Program-made: the position numbers and the translations under genes
DNA from: Antedon mediterranea
Taxonomy: Eukaryota; Animalia; Echinodermata
DNA length: 64,000 bases
NCBI RefSeq assembly: GCF_964355755.1
Contig: NC_092680.1
Coordinates: forward strand, 2,604,001 to 2,668,000
Reading direction: 5' to 3'
The notes under the pieces: model-generated
Seen by the model: only the letters and a program-made list of their open reading frames with translations
Database searches by the model: none
What the model was told of the DNA's origin: nothing
Shown: positions 28,301-39,369 of the stretch, in pieces
How the letters are laid out: each line of letters begins with the position of its first letter
Position numbering within the stretch: position 1 is the stretch's first letter

Positions 28301-31300
28301 CTTTGGGAACAAAAGGTTTAGAGATATCACATCATACCGCTTTTTGGGGTCTAAACAAAAATTTTCTCAAACAGAGTTAACTCTAGTGCATGTGAGAACA
28401 CAGATTATAAAACAGAGTTAACTCTAGTGCATGTGTGAACACAGGTTATCAAACAGAGTTAACTCTAGTGCATGTGTGAACACAGATTATCAAACAGAGT
28501 TAACTCTAGTGCATGTGAGAACACAGATTATAAAACAGAGTTACCTCTAGTGCATGTGTGAACACAGGTTATCAAACAGAGTTAACTCTAGTGCATGTGT
28601 GAACACAGATTATCAAACAGAGTTAACTCTAGTGCATGTGTGAACACAGATTATCAAACAGAGTTAACTCTAGTGTGTGTGTGAACACAGATTATCGAAC
28701 AGAGTTAACTCTAGTGTGTGTGTGAACACAGATCACTCTTTGAACATACTGACACCCTTAGTATATTTTCTTCTAATCACTAAAATCAGATTATCAATGA
28801 TTATCAGGATAATATAAGTCAAGTGGTAATAATAAAGAGACAATTGATACAGAGGGCAGATGTCAAGTACCAAGTGAGGTTACGCATGCAGAACTGATTT
28901 AAATCTTCAAATATAACGTAAAACCATCACTTTTAGACATCTGCCATCAGTGGTGTATCAACTATGAGTGCTAAGGGGCCCCTGAGCAGGACCCGGAGGA
29001 AAAATAAGGCATTAAAATATGGCAAAAAAGGCTAAAACACCCGAGGCTTCCAGCATTGGAGGGTCACTTAGCGTCCTTGACGGGCCTCAAGCCAATGCGT
29101 TATGCCACTGCATGCCATCAAAATCCAAATAAAGATTAAAAACACTCAATCTATTGGGTGTTACAGTTGGAACGCCATTTGACTTAGTATAATGCATTGC
29201 AATGCGTTCTAAGGGGAACCATATTTAATAAACCTGTTTTGACTCTCAAAATTTGGACCAAAGACAAATTTTTTTCTATAGTTCTTCAATCGTGCGGGCC
29301 ATTTTTTTATTGACCTAATTCCTATAGACATCATCATCAGCAGGATAGTGGATTACTCTAATTGGGGGTACTTATTAAGTGTATTTAGATGGGGATCATT
29401 CACTTAAAAGTGACACATCTTAACATCCTAATTAATCAGCCATTCTTCTGTTTCTAATTTGACCACTAACACTTTAATACATCATTGGTCATCGTACTGG
29501 ACTTCTTTCGGTCAAACTGACCCACTGCGTTTTTTAACCCAAAAAATTAAAGTTCTGTTTCCTTTTAAATGCCATAACCTTTTTTAAACAATTTAAGAGT
29601 TTTTACAAACCAACTTTTTGTAAATTATAAATACTAGATGGCACGCTCGCTTCGCTCGCGTACCATCTAGGTCGTGCCCACAGATGGTTCTCGAATACAC
29701 AGTATTTTCCAGCGAGAAAAAAATGGAGATTTCAAATGTACGTACTGCATGACTATAATACATTGTCGTTTACAGAAACGAATAAATATACACGATGATT
29801 TATGTAGTCAGCTAAAATTAGCACCCTGGGAATTACTTCCGAGAGAGAGAGAGAGAGAGAGAAACAAAATGATTCAAATTTTTTTATTTGGACTCATTTA
29901 AACAAACCCAATTTGTGTTTTGTATGTAACATTAAGGGTTGAGGGATGGTGGAAGAAGATAGGTACAAAGAGGAAACATTTTAAAATATATTCTTATCCA
30001 CTCAGTAACAAAATATTGTTTTTAATGTTTTATAGGCCTTCAAATAATATACCACTAAATACAGTAAAACATTTACGATTTAATACTTTGTTAAAACTCT
30101 CACTGTCATAGTCGATTGAAATAGTAAAGTACATGTAACGATACACCACTACGTACGTTTATATATTTTTAAATTATTAATGTTGAGAAGCAACTGTCAG
30201 TAATAACGTTTATTTATTTGTATATTATATGTTTATAATCTAACAGTAGGGCCTACCCACACTCACAGTAATAAAGTTTATTTGTATATTTGTTTATATT
30301 ATATCTAACAGTACCAACACTCACAGTAAGAAATTTGCGATTCAAATTGCGATCAAAAGTGGTTAATACCTTAACAGTATTGTACAGCATTGCAATACTA
30401 TTTATGTTTATTCTCCAAGGGGGCCCATAAATCTAAATCTATAACTCTATGGTTAAACCAAATAATTTGGAATGTTCCATTCATCACAAATCAATACATT
30501 TGTAAAAACGTATATTACATGTATCAAAATAGCATTTTTTAAAGAAAATCGGCCTGTCTTCAACATTATGATGCTGTACTCGAACTGTTCAACCGGTTTT
30601 CAGCTATTAAAAACAATTATCGTAGGAGGAGATAGGAAAATGCGAAGTGTCCTCGTATTATTGTGTGCGGGTATTTTTCAAATTGACATCCATTAGACAG
30701 TGTATACCACGATCGGAAAACACCCCTATTTGGGGCAAATCGTTGAACCTAAATTCGTTTTAATCGTCAATAACTAATTATCGAACTCAATTTAATTAGT
30801 AAACAGGGTTACATCAGGTGGTTAAAATTAGTACCGAAAGTACGAACCAACTTTATATACCATCGAGTAAACATTCTAGAAATAACGCACGATTTACCGA
30901 TTTTTGCCCTTACGTAAATTTATATATAGAAGAGTTTCATTTATAAAAAAATGTTTTTGGTAATATTTGACAATTATTATTTATTATAAATATAAGACAA
31001 AGACTTTACATTGTAGAAAATCTACTATGTGATAACGACTTAATTAAATTTTCATCTATCAACTATTAAAAAGGTAAAAATTTAATATCTCTTTGTTACC
31101 ATGGCAACTTAACACTTTCTGCATTTAATTATAAGACGGATATTAAATGATAATTTCATTGAATGAATAATTAATAATGAAGAAATTCAATGAACATTTA
31201 ATTTTTATGATAGTCATATGGTTATCTCATTTGTCAGGAGATTATGTTTTATAAACATTACAGTATGGTTAAGTATGTATCTGAAACCGATATCTATACT

Positions 31301-34300
31301 GCCCAAAGTATATATCTGTATGTATGTATGTATATATGAAGTACAAAACACGAAGCCGAGGAGAGACAAAAGCATTAAACAAAACGTTGTTATCGGTAAG
31401 GTGTGTCTCTCCAACTTACATAAGTACGGGTACATAATGCTGGTAAATGCTTAAAATAATATAATATTCAATAATTACATTACCTGCATTCGTGGCTGAG
31501 TAAGTTTCATTGGGCCAAATTCAACCTCATTCATATCGGCCTAAAAAAAAAAAATTACAAGATAACTTTAAATGATATTTTCTGACAGAAAACATCTTTT
31601 ACTAAAGCTATTTTATCCATTAACATTACGTTGATAACCAAATAATATGATTGTAAATACAAGAACATTAGCATTTTAATTTTTCAGAATCAAATTAATA
31701 TATGGTGAATACTTGTTATTAATATCTAATTACTGTCAGGTGAACTTTGAAATGGCAAATCAATTAAGCATAAAAAGCATAGTGGTCTTAAGTATTAGTG
31801 GTGCACAGTCACTACAACAAATACAGTATACATATAAGTTGTGTTTTTACGAAATTTGTAAGTACTGGAACATGCCACACAAATATCTATAGGCGCATAG
31901 CCGCGTGGAGCGTTGTAAAAACAAAAAACATTGGCGTTTGATTTGATTTGCAGTGCCAGAACCGAACCGTGTGGAACAGGTGTAAAAGACCCTTATAGTT
32001 AGTTACTTGCTTATTTTGAATCATAATCATGTTCAATTCTGATCAAAATGTCAGCCCCAAATGGGAATACATTAATCACAGTGAAATTAGTTGATGTAAA
32101 AATTAATTATGAAGAACATTTTGTAATTTTCCAATATTCAAAGCTCTTAATACATTGTTTTAAATTACATCGTCTAAAAATTGCTCTGCAATAGAACTGT
32201 TCTACTATTAATACTAATAATGAAATCGTTGATACTATTATTTTGAATCATTTATCTGGTTTCATTAAAATTGGTATGCTTCACTAAATAAATGGGTAAA
32301 ATAATTCATAAAATAAAAACAAAAACAGTATTAAACTTAAATGTCAGCGTGATTTGAAACATCTTGCGTGAACGACTGTACTCCTTCCAGCCACTTCACG
32401 GTTTTCAGATTCTAATGCTATAACTGAAAACCATGGAGTGTCTGGGAAAAGGTATTGATCTTGGAACCTAACTTTATCAAATAGGTTTATTTTTATGAAC
32501 TATGCCTATGTACACTGAAGCCACATCAAAATTGTTTTTACAATGGATTACCATACCATTGGGTTACCTAGTTTATTTCCTTGAGGACAGCAGCAGAAAC
32601 AGGCCCATGGCCATTATACAAGGTCAATGCTATACTTAATAGGATTATCCAATATATTGCTAAGTGATAAACTGGATACACTATAATATTAGGCCTACTG
32701 GTATAAAATGGTCACATGGAAATCCCTCACACTACTACACTACAGCAGTCCCATTTACCTTTGTTGACACAGGAGGCCTAGGCCTACCACCACTTAGCTT
32801 GAATAAAGCATTAACGTCAATAACAAACAATTCAATTCAAACAAAATTCAACTTATAAACTCAAATACTATCTTGAGCATGAGAGTACAGAAATGATTAC
32901 ATCATACTGTATTTCTTCAGTCTATTTATTGCACACACTGGTAGGCCTTCAATGAAGCTTGACTGCAAGAATACTCAACTGATAAAAACCTCTACATGAC
33001 CTGATGATGGGGGCTTAGATAAGCTACACAATTACAATTCAGAATACAATCAATAAAGCAAGCAAGGTACAGTAATCATTTGTTACCTTTTATCCTATGT
33101 AAACCACATTTCAATGAATAATATCAAAAGGGAAACTTAGCCTTAATTAATTATACATTAAATAAAGCTGTTTATATAAAAATACATACATCAAAGAAGA
33201 GTATAAAAAAAGTACATACAAAAAAAAACATTTCCTTGCTAATATGGATAATGTATCTTTAAAGCCCCATTCCCTACGTTTTTTAGATCTAATTTAAGAT
33301 CACAAACTATATTTAATGTAAAAATAATACTATATGGTCCTATTGCGATAACTTTTTTCGTCTTTAAATGGTTAAAAATGTGAAAAATAAGTCGATTCTA
33401 ATAATTATAGCGGCCCGCTATAAATCCCAAAATGCATTGCGCGCGGATTGATATTTTTGTTTTTCACCTGTAATTCGCCCACTTTTCGATCGATCGTGAG
33501 GCCAAAACAAATGAAAGACTCCTAACTTTTCAGCGAAAATACCGGGTTTTCCCCAATTTGTATCAACGGAGTCTGGCAAAAATAGAAAGACAATTAATGC
33601 AGCCACTATACAACGTCAGGCTAGGTATATAGCTCGCGTACGATGTTCGTACGTTACCGATGTTTACCAGCTAGGCCTACAAAACTAAGCCTAGCTAGGC
33701 TAGGCCTAAGACCGTCCACGAGAGGTCGATCGCCGCGAGCTACTTAGGTAGTGCATTGTTTCTCACTTTTTATCATAATTTACCATAAAACGTACATTTA
33801 AGACAAGAAATGACATGGTTTAATGTTTTTAAAGTGATATATATGTATTATTTTCCAAAAAACGTCCAAAATTGCAGGGAAGGGGTCTTTAATTTTTTTA
33901 ATTTTCTGGAGGATATTGTATTTTAGTCAAGGTCGCTGGTTTAAAAGTTTAAATTAAATAATAATTAGTAAATGTACCATATCTATATTTATTGTAAACA
34001 TTTATAAATTTATATAGTTTGTTTTTCATTTTGCAAAAATGAAGTATAAGATTATATGTAGCATCTATAATTATTATTGAATGTAAATATTTTTTTATTT
34101 ATATTTTGTTTTTCATGTTGCGAATTTATGAAAGTGATTTACATTTAAACATAAAATACCTTCATATTTTCTATGGACTGGCTAGTTTGAGTCTCAGCCT
34201 CCAATGTTCCTCTCCGATCCTTACAAAACTGAAGTGGGTGGGCTGCGGACTCTAACGTTCCGCCTGCTGATTTGATTGTAACCTGATTCTGTTGACTAAA

Positions 34301-34390
34301 ACTAGCGGACGGAGGCGAGTTTGATTCCTCTGATTCTCTACAGTACACTACTCCACTCTGTGAAACAGTTATACTAGGTGCACAGCCCAT
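703..34390 (-). CDS. PDE8: High-affinity cAMP-specific phosphodiesterase 8 (REC-PAS-catalytic), 3'-incomplete multi-exon CDS
   Basis: Coding exons (minus): 34160-34390, 31484-31540, 26866-27053, 25965-26024, 24427-24573, 23964-24183, 23682-23770, 16998-17056, 14491-14583, 12807-12874, 11247-11417, 9541-9598, 2554-2686, 1266-1464, 703-833. All introns GT-AG with compatible phases. Diagnostic motifs: N-terminus [52 protein letters not shown], catalytic [10 protein letters not shown] and [13 protein letters not shown]. Confidence 0.95.
999..1141. mobile_element. MITE family A (partial)
   Basis: AGCTCTGT..CACTATCAAACT left TIR, right TIR truncated. Confidence 0.8.
1266..1464 (-). CDS. PDE8: PDE8 catalytic exon ([10 protein letters not shown])
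   Basis: [10 protein letters not shown]...[32 protein letters not shown]. Confidence 0.95.
1719..1855. mobile_element. MITE family B (TIR AGCTTGGTTCCCACTAG)
   Basis: TIRs, internal CGCAAC repeats and ATCGCTTGTGATTGGTCAA. Confidence 0.82.
2554..2686 (-). CDS. PDE8: PDE8 exon, start of catalytic domain
   Basis: [30 protein letters not shown]. Confidence 0.9.
4880..5020 (-). mobile_element. SINE fragment (Nin-domain-like); related fragments at ~5490-5550 and ~61170-61225
   Basis: Shared GTACACCGGGGTAACCCC..TACTC..AAAAG..GTTCTTTAAAGTG motif; the family assignment is from memory. Confidence 0.45.
6100..6256. mobile_element. MITE family A (Harbinger/Tourist-like)
   Basis: TIR AGCTCTGTCTACACTATCAAACT. 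Confidence 0.85.
6790..6972 (-). repeat. Truncated inverted copy of the 8870-8990 element with a ~63-bp internal direct duplication
   Basis: Two copies of ATGACAATGCTSTGGGTATCAG..CTGGATCTCAATGGAGATACAAAAAAAGC; reverse complement present at 8890-8990. Confidence 0.75.
7162..7233 (+). tRNA. tRNA-like gene with ATC (Asp) anticodon; probably repeat-borne or a pseudogene
   Basis: Cloverleaf: acceptor GCCCCAG/TTGGGGC, D arm TGGTCTAATGGTTAGGAC, anticodon arm TCTGC-ATATCAA-GCAGG, T arm CCGAG-TTCGAGT-CTCGG, discriminator G, TTTTT at 7236-7240. Confidence 0.65.
7844..8033. mobile_element. MITE family A with internal duplication
   Basis: TIRs, TTA/TTA TSD. Confidence 0.85.
8340..9010 (+). mobile_element. 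Probable Penelope-like retroelement terminal-repeat remnant
   Basis: Contains the hammerhead motif and ends in TA-rich sequence. Its 3' part (8870-8990) recurs inverted and internally duplicated at 6790-6972. Left boundary uncertain. Confidence 0.45.
8815..8855 (+). ncRNA. Minimal type I hammerhead ribozyme motif (Penelope-like element type)
   Basis: AGCC-CTGATGA-A-GGGC TAGTGTT GCCC-GAAA-GCTC-TGCT: core CUGAUGA and GAAA, 4-bp stem II, palindromic AGCT stem III, short stem I. Confidence 0.65.
9213..9377. mobile_element. MITE family A
   Basis: TIRs and shared internal sequence. Confidence 0.85.
9541..9598 (-). CDS. PDE8: PDE8 exon ([19 protein letters not shown])
   Basis: 58 nt, phase 0/1, bridges the 11247 and 2686 boundaries; resembles vertebrate GLRRLSGNE. 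Confidence 0.8.
10933..11098. mobile_element. MITE family B
   Basis: TIRs with TAA/TAA TSD. Confidence 0.85.
11247..11417 (-). CDS. PDE8: PDE8 exon ([35 protein letters not shown]...DLVGGLMT)
   Basis: Conserved PDE8 pre-catalytic helices; cag/gtaag boundaries. Confidence 0.92.
12807..12874 (-). CDS. PDE8: PDE8 exon ([22 protein letters not shown])
   Basis: Conserved PDE8 motif with PKA consensus RRxS. Confidence 0.9.
13042..13189. mobile_element. MITE family A
   Basis: Perfect TIRs. Confidence 0.85.
14126..14265. mobile_element. MITE family A
   Basis: TIRs, TAA/TAA TSD. Confidence 0.88.
14491..14583 (-). CDS. PDE8: PDE8 linker exon ([30 protein letters not shown])
   Basis: 93 nt, phase 1/1, open frame, ttcag acceptor and gtattt donor. 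Confidence 0.7.
16291..16800 (+). mobile_element. 5'-truncated Rex1/Babar-like non-LTR retrotransposon (ORF2 C-terminus plus 3' UTR) inserted in a MITE
   Basis: [20 protein letters not shown]...IRRAGKMIG...SHPLH...PSGRLR...[13 protein letters not shown] resembles the Rex1/CR1-clade post-RT region; AATAAA then (TCTTA)n tail; MITE halves at 16236-16290 and 16801-16898. Confidence 0.8.
16998..17056 (-). CDS. PDE8: PDE8 exon ([19 protein letters not shown])
   Basis: 59 nt, phase 2/1, polyT-acag acceptor, gtaaag donor. Confidence 0.75.
17887..18043. mobile_element. MITE family A
   Basis: TIRs, TTA/TTA TSD. Confidence 0.88.
19992..20105. mobile_element. MITE family A (internally deleted)
   Basis: Degenerate TIRs and internal core. 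Confidence 0.75.
20352..20925. repeat. 20/21-bp AT-rich minisatellite
   Basis: (TTTTAGTATATTTAAGAATG)n with GAGTG and TTTTAAG variants. Confidence 0.95.
23439..23596. mobile_element. MITE family A
   Basis: TIRs, TTA flanks. Confidence 0.85.
23682..23770 (-). CDS. PDE8: PDE8 exon, PAS/PAC region
   Basis: [29 protein letters not shown]; gtgagt donor. Confidence 0.9.
23964..24183 (-). CDS. PDE8: PDE8 exon, PAS domain
   Basis: [45 protein letters not shown]...QLKKGK; gtaagg donor. Confidence 0.9.
24427..24573 (-). CDS. PDE8: PDE8 exon (end of REC domain)
   Basis: [45 protein letters not shown]. Confidence 0.9.
24651..24790. mobile_element. MITE family A (partial, with expanded 21-bp internal repeat)
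   Basis: Left TIR plus tandem ACCATATTTGGGTATATCACT units. Confidence 0.8.
25965..26024 (-). CDS. PDE8: PDE8 exon ([19 protein letters not shown])
   Basis: 60 nt, phase 2/2, joins flanking exons in frame. Confidence 0.85.
26866..27053 (-). CDS. PDE8: PDE8 exon, receiver-like (REC) domain
   Basis: [26 protein letters not shown]...[20 protein letters not shown]; cag/gtaag boundaries. Confidence 0.9.
28369..28733. repeat. 41/42-bp minisatellite, ~9 copies
   Basis: AAACAGAGTTAACTCTAGTGCATGTGTGAACACAGATTATC. Confidence 0.95.
28948..29110. mobile_element. hAT-like MITE
   Basis: CAGTGG...CCACTG termini with near-identical 8-bp flanks TCTGCCAT/CATGCCAT. Confidence 0.5.
29634..30930 (-). mobile_element. 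Non-autonomous Helitron-like element
   Basis: Minus strand starts TCTATATATA and ends CTAG followed by T; GC-rich subterminal hairpin (CTAGATGG...CGCTCGCTTCGCTCGCG...CCATCTAG); internal (GA)n; no TIR or TSD. Confidence 0.6.
31484..31540 (-). CDS. PDE8: PDE8 exon ([19 protein letters not shown])
   Basis: 57 nt, phase 0/0, resembles vertebrate PDE8 EVxIGPMRLTQ; polyT-ag acceptor, gtaatg donor. Confidence 0.85.
33263..33888. mobile_element. TTAA-flanked non-autonomous DNA transposon (Kolobok/piggyBac-like)
   Basis: TTAA-AGCCCCATTCCCT ... AGGGAAGGGGTCT-TTAA imperfect TIRs. Confidence 0.55.
34160..34390 (-). CDS. PDE8: PDE8 first coding exon (MGCAPS N-terminus); exon begins near 34532 with 5' UTR
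   Basis: [26 protein letters not shown]...[12 protein letters not shown] then gtattt donor; upstream ttcag acceptor at 34533-34537. Confidence 0.9.
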
Positions 34391-37249
34391 GGTATGAGGA
34401 GGCTGCGAGGCAGGCTAAACCTGGCTTCAAATTTCCAGCGTTCATGCTTCGTTCACAAAACGTTCCATGGCATCAACATAAGTAAAATAATAAATTTAAA
34501 CCATACCAGACAATCAATCTGTCTAATTTAATCTGAAAAAATAACGAAAATTAAACTCATTTTTATTTTTAATTACTATATTTAATATTACAATACAATA
34601 AAATATGGTACTTAAGTATTAACCATTTTTTCATCAAGACTCTTTTCACCCCTTACCAACTCTTTAAAAAAACTCGCATTTAATTTTAATCTGAAAAAAA
34701 TAACAAAAATTAAGCTCAATTTTAATTACCCAATAACATTTATCATCAATATTACAATATGAATGATGATACTTATTACAACAATTATTTTGACAAGAAT
34801 CTCTTGACCAACCTTTTAAAACCACCTGCATTTTGTCAAGTGAAAAAAAAAACACCCCTAACATGAAATGATCAAATTTTATTCACCATCACTTTTTTTG
34901 GTACAAAATTTAGTTTATGCACCCTTTATTGTACATCAACAGTTAATCCATAATTTATCAACAACAAAAAGATATTAAATTCTAATCTGTTTCTATTGCC
35001 TGATTGGAATTTTTAGCTGGAAGCCTTAATATTGTATCTTACTTATTTTTAATGTGTACATATTTTTATTACATAATTTTGCTTTTTCCATAATTTAATT
35101 GTCAGTTTTTCAATATTATCTTGTTTCTACTTTTTAACACATTGTTGCAAATTGTTATGTTGTCACAATTCACTTATATATTGTGTTTAAAAAAAAAATA
35201 ATATCCTTAATATGAATCAAATTAATAGTTAACACTAACTACTACCACAGAAAATAACGTCCAGTTAAACTTACAAATACTGAAATATAAACATATAACA
35301 CAAAGAAATGAGAATCTTAACAATAGTTTGAAGTTTAAATTCAAAACTGAATCAAACTGGAACCAGTACACTGACCTATTTTTGAAGAATTTATTGACAA
35401 TAACATCATATCAATATCATATCAAATTATCATTTAGTAATTTCAATGGGTCAAACTGGAAGGCGAGATTGCAAGTTGACCTCTCGCTAGAAAATTAAAT
35501 CCATAAATTACTCATCTTATTATTTGAAAATAAAAAACCAGTAATGTTAAAGACATTTAAATCAAAACCATTTCTACCACATGTTATTTTAATAAATGTG
35601 ACTGCTATACAGGCAGCGAAAGAAAAACATAACTTTCTTTGAGTATTATAACTAATAAAATTATGTTTAAAACTACTTAAAAATATTTTTTAAAACAACT
35701 CTCTGCCAGCCACATCTTAGAAAACAAGAAAAGAAATTTAATACAGTATTTCACAAGACAAACTTAATTAGATGCCAATATTGCCATTACATTTTTACTG
35801 TACATGTTACTTAATTTCATGCTTCTGAGTTCTACTTAGCTTTACTTACTTAGCTACTAGTATTAAAGTTTTTTTATTTTATTTTATTTCATCATCAACC
35901 TACAGTGACTATACATACTATTATTTATTAACAGGGTTGAAAGATATAAATATAATATAATGTACTTAAGCAAAAATCAATTGTTTTTCATATATATATA
36001 TATATTTTTATGTTTTTTGTAATTATTATTTTATGTTTATTGCCGAAATGAATAAAATAAAATAAAATAATAAAAATAACAAATAACAAGAAAACATTTA
36101 GATATTAGTGATATTAGACAAAAACTTATGACGAAAACAAGAAAGCGAATCACAAAAAATATCAACAGAACCATCAACCATGAACAATCAGGTTATAGCA
36201 GGAGTTGAATAATTATGGAAAAAATAAGAGATACTATCTACAGGTCTGTAATTTGTATATTGTAAAGTGGTGTGAAAACAGAGGGGGTAGAGGCTAGCCC
36301 TGTAGCAGTCGATGAGGTGTGCATATTTTAGCTCCAGGAATCAAACAAAAACCTTGAAATTTACTTAACTGACTAAGTTTAAGCACCAGTAAGTTTTAAT
36401 TTTTTTAGGGAGATGATAACAAAAATGTATATTTAATGTAAAAGAATTCCTTCACATTTTGAAATTTAATTATAATTACGATATATTATAATGGGCCAGT
36501 AAAATCACTGAAATCAACGTTGAATCTCTTATTTTGAAAATGTACAAGAGAATACGCTGGCGCAATTTGAAACTGCGGAAATTGTTCAAATCAAATTGCG
36601 CATAACTTTTCCCTTCCTCCTACCTCTACCATTAAGATTTATCGCAAATACAGTAGCTTGTTTTCGCGAAGAACGTCATTGCACAATGCATCATGGGAAT
36701 GGTTTGGAAGCAAACGTCACAGCGCTTATGTACAAACAACAAATTACGTATGTACGCTTCATGACATTTGCTCCCAAATCCTTCCGACCATGTGTCACGC
36801 ACGCTATTTGCGATAAACCTTATGAGACAAACGTTAATGGTTGTGTGTACATTCTGCAACAAAACCTGATGACAACAGAAAAATTGTAAAAAGAAATCAA
36901 AATTATGCTTGCAATCAACTTGGTGGTAAATGTCTGAAAAGGAAAGAAAGTCTGACCTAACCAGATTCTCAATCATTCTCACTCCCTCCAGGCTCCACCA
37001 CCAGGCCGGCTGTGCTCCTCTTTCTTGTTGTGTGTTGTGTTGATGACCTAAATAGCATGTAAGCCGTTGTCGTCCCAGAGACGAAACGTGCTCGCTCTCT
37101 TCTTATCGGAAAAATTGCATGTAACTTATTGTTTCATATAAAAATAGTGAACTTACTTCTCTATAAACTCACACTTGATCAACTGATAATCCTACGATAA
37201 CTAGCTAGCGCTGCACCAACAACTGTTTGTTTTCATCATCTCGCACAAA

Positions 37250-37385
37250 AAGTATCTCGTTCCCCGCGAGAGGATTAGATTTATTTTTTTGTGACTAGGG
37301 CTCGCTCTTAGCCAGCGCGATACCCAACATGTAACCAATCAGCTGTGAGCAAGGTTAACCATGTGATATAAGTGACGTAATTCGA
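37250..37385 (-). promoter_or_regulatory. Candidate PDE8 promoter
   Basis: CpG-enriched segment upstream of the first coding exon: CCAAT (37335), E-box CAGCTG, CRE-like TGACGTAA (37373); candidate minus-strand donors at ~37157 and ~36956. Confidence 0.45.
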
Positions 37386-38973
37386 CTGTTGTTTTATTTT
37401 GCATATTAAATTTATCGTAAATTTGATACAGTGTTATAAACTCATATTTTAACTTTTTCTCCTTTATATTTATAAAATATATGCAGTATTTTACAGACAC
37501 ATTAAATTAATCCGTATTATTCAAATAAGACTCCCTCTAGAAAAAAAAACTCTATTGGCCTAGTGCCTTTATTAATAACGAAACTTTCCTTCACAATGTG
37601 TCTCGCTTTCATTATACAGTAGTGTATAATAAATATAAATGAATAAAAATATGTAAAAAAATGATTAAAATAATGAAAGCAAAACTAATCATAAACATAA
37701 ACATTAGAACACTGAATGTTAGAGAATGATGTAGCCGCGTGCCATGGTTTTTGTATTTTTGTCTGAGCCTAATTTTTGTACAATTCATAAAACAATTGCA
37801 CACCTAAACGAGATGAAAAAATAATGTGAAAAATGATTCATACATCCATTAAATCTATCCATACAACTTTTTAGGTGGGTTTTCTACGAATTGATTAGTC
37901 CAACTTCAAAGTTGTTGTGGCATCTCATTTTGCAAATAATGTTCTTAATTTTCTGACATTATAATTGAGGGCGCTAAACATAACATTTACGAGATCAAAT
38001 GCAGGTGGCGAACATAAACATCCGCTAATCAGCCTCAAATCACAGAAAGCTTTATACAGTATCAACATATATTACAATATAATATCTTGCATGAAACGGA
38101 TATTTCGCTACAAATGTAGCAACAAATACGGTGATGTGGTACGGTAGAATAATGATCTTCTTACGTAAAAGATTAACAAAATAAAAATGTAACAGTGTGT
38201 GGCGTTTTGACCGCGAATGACTAACAATACCCATCTTTTCCACTACACCTGCACAAACTCATTTGCATAACAACGCGGCATACCAAACTACGATGAGACA
38301 AAAAATTCTCTCATAAAGATGTAACGAAGAGAATTCCTTTTTTTACATTAACATTTTGAAAATAGAGCTGCATAGGTTCCCGCCCGAAAAAAAGACACTT
38401 TACATGATTTGAAATTATATGAAACAAACTATATATAATAAGACTTACCAGGACAATAGAGTTTGTCCTCGGAAAGTGCACCTATTCATTGACATATGAA
38501 ATTAAATATGAAGTTTCCAATACTAGCCCACCTTGGTTTGGGGCAGAGCTAAATGAAAATAGAGCCCAGAATTGCACTTATTCAATTCAAAAAACATTGA
38601 TTTTCCTCCATAGCAATACAATACAAAATAATAAACAGAAATGGTAAGGTATATTTATACTTATTACTACACCTATGATAATTATGATAATGTTAAAATT
38701 TCAACTATCCTGATGTGACTTCAAAATTTTAGGTGGGGTTTTCTACTTTAAAAACTCGACTTCGTATCTGCCTACCTAAGGCCTAGCCCGGCGGCGGAAT
38801 TGGTCTAAGCTTCGAAATTGGTCTAGAAATCGGCATCTTTGCAAATGTTCTATATTTGATCTTATTTCACTCTTCATTAACCCCATACAAAAACCATCGG
38901 AGACAAGGGGGGACGTATAATTCTGTAAAACCCAAACACAGCTGGTCGCATACCAATATTGACTCTATTCCAC

Positions 38974-39046
38974 CGACCAGCGTGGGAATCGAACTCACGA
39001 CATACGCGTTGTCAACACGTCGCTCAGTCGCCTGAGCTAACTGGTC
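38974..39046 (-). tRNA. tRNA-like sequence with GAC (Val) anticodon; probably a pseudogene or SINE head
   Basis: Minus strand GACCAGT-TA-GCTC AGGCGACT GAGC-G-ACGTG TTGACAA CGCGT-ATGTC-GTGAG TTCGATT CCCAC-GCTGGTC; atypical D loop, one T-stem mismatch. Confidence 0.55.
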
Positions 39047-39369
39047 ATTTCGGTTTTAGCAAGGTTAATATGATACTGAATGATGGTGAATTACGTAATA
39101 CACGTATAAATAGACTCACTTGCTCAGTCGATCATGTACTTTGTGGCGTAACGGGTAATGTTCAGCTTTGAGTGCTCTCAGCTCTGCACTAGTAAGTTAG
39201 AACCTCTATGGATATATTTTTTTTTAATGGAAAATAAATATTGTTTTTTCTTTTACCTTTTTTCGCCATTCTTTTTCTCGTCTTTCGTAATTTATCGTTC
39301 ACATTTTTGAAGTTTTGAGGGCCATGCTTCATTTGGTTGAGTCAAAGTTTAATAAATAAACATAAATAG

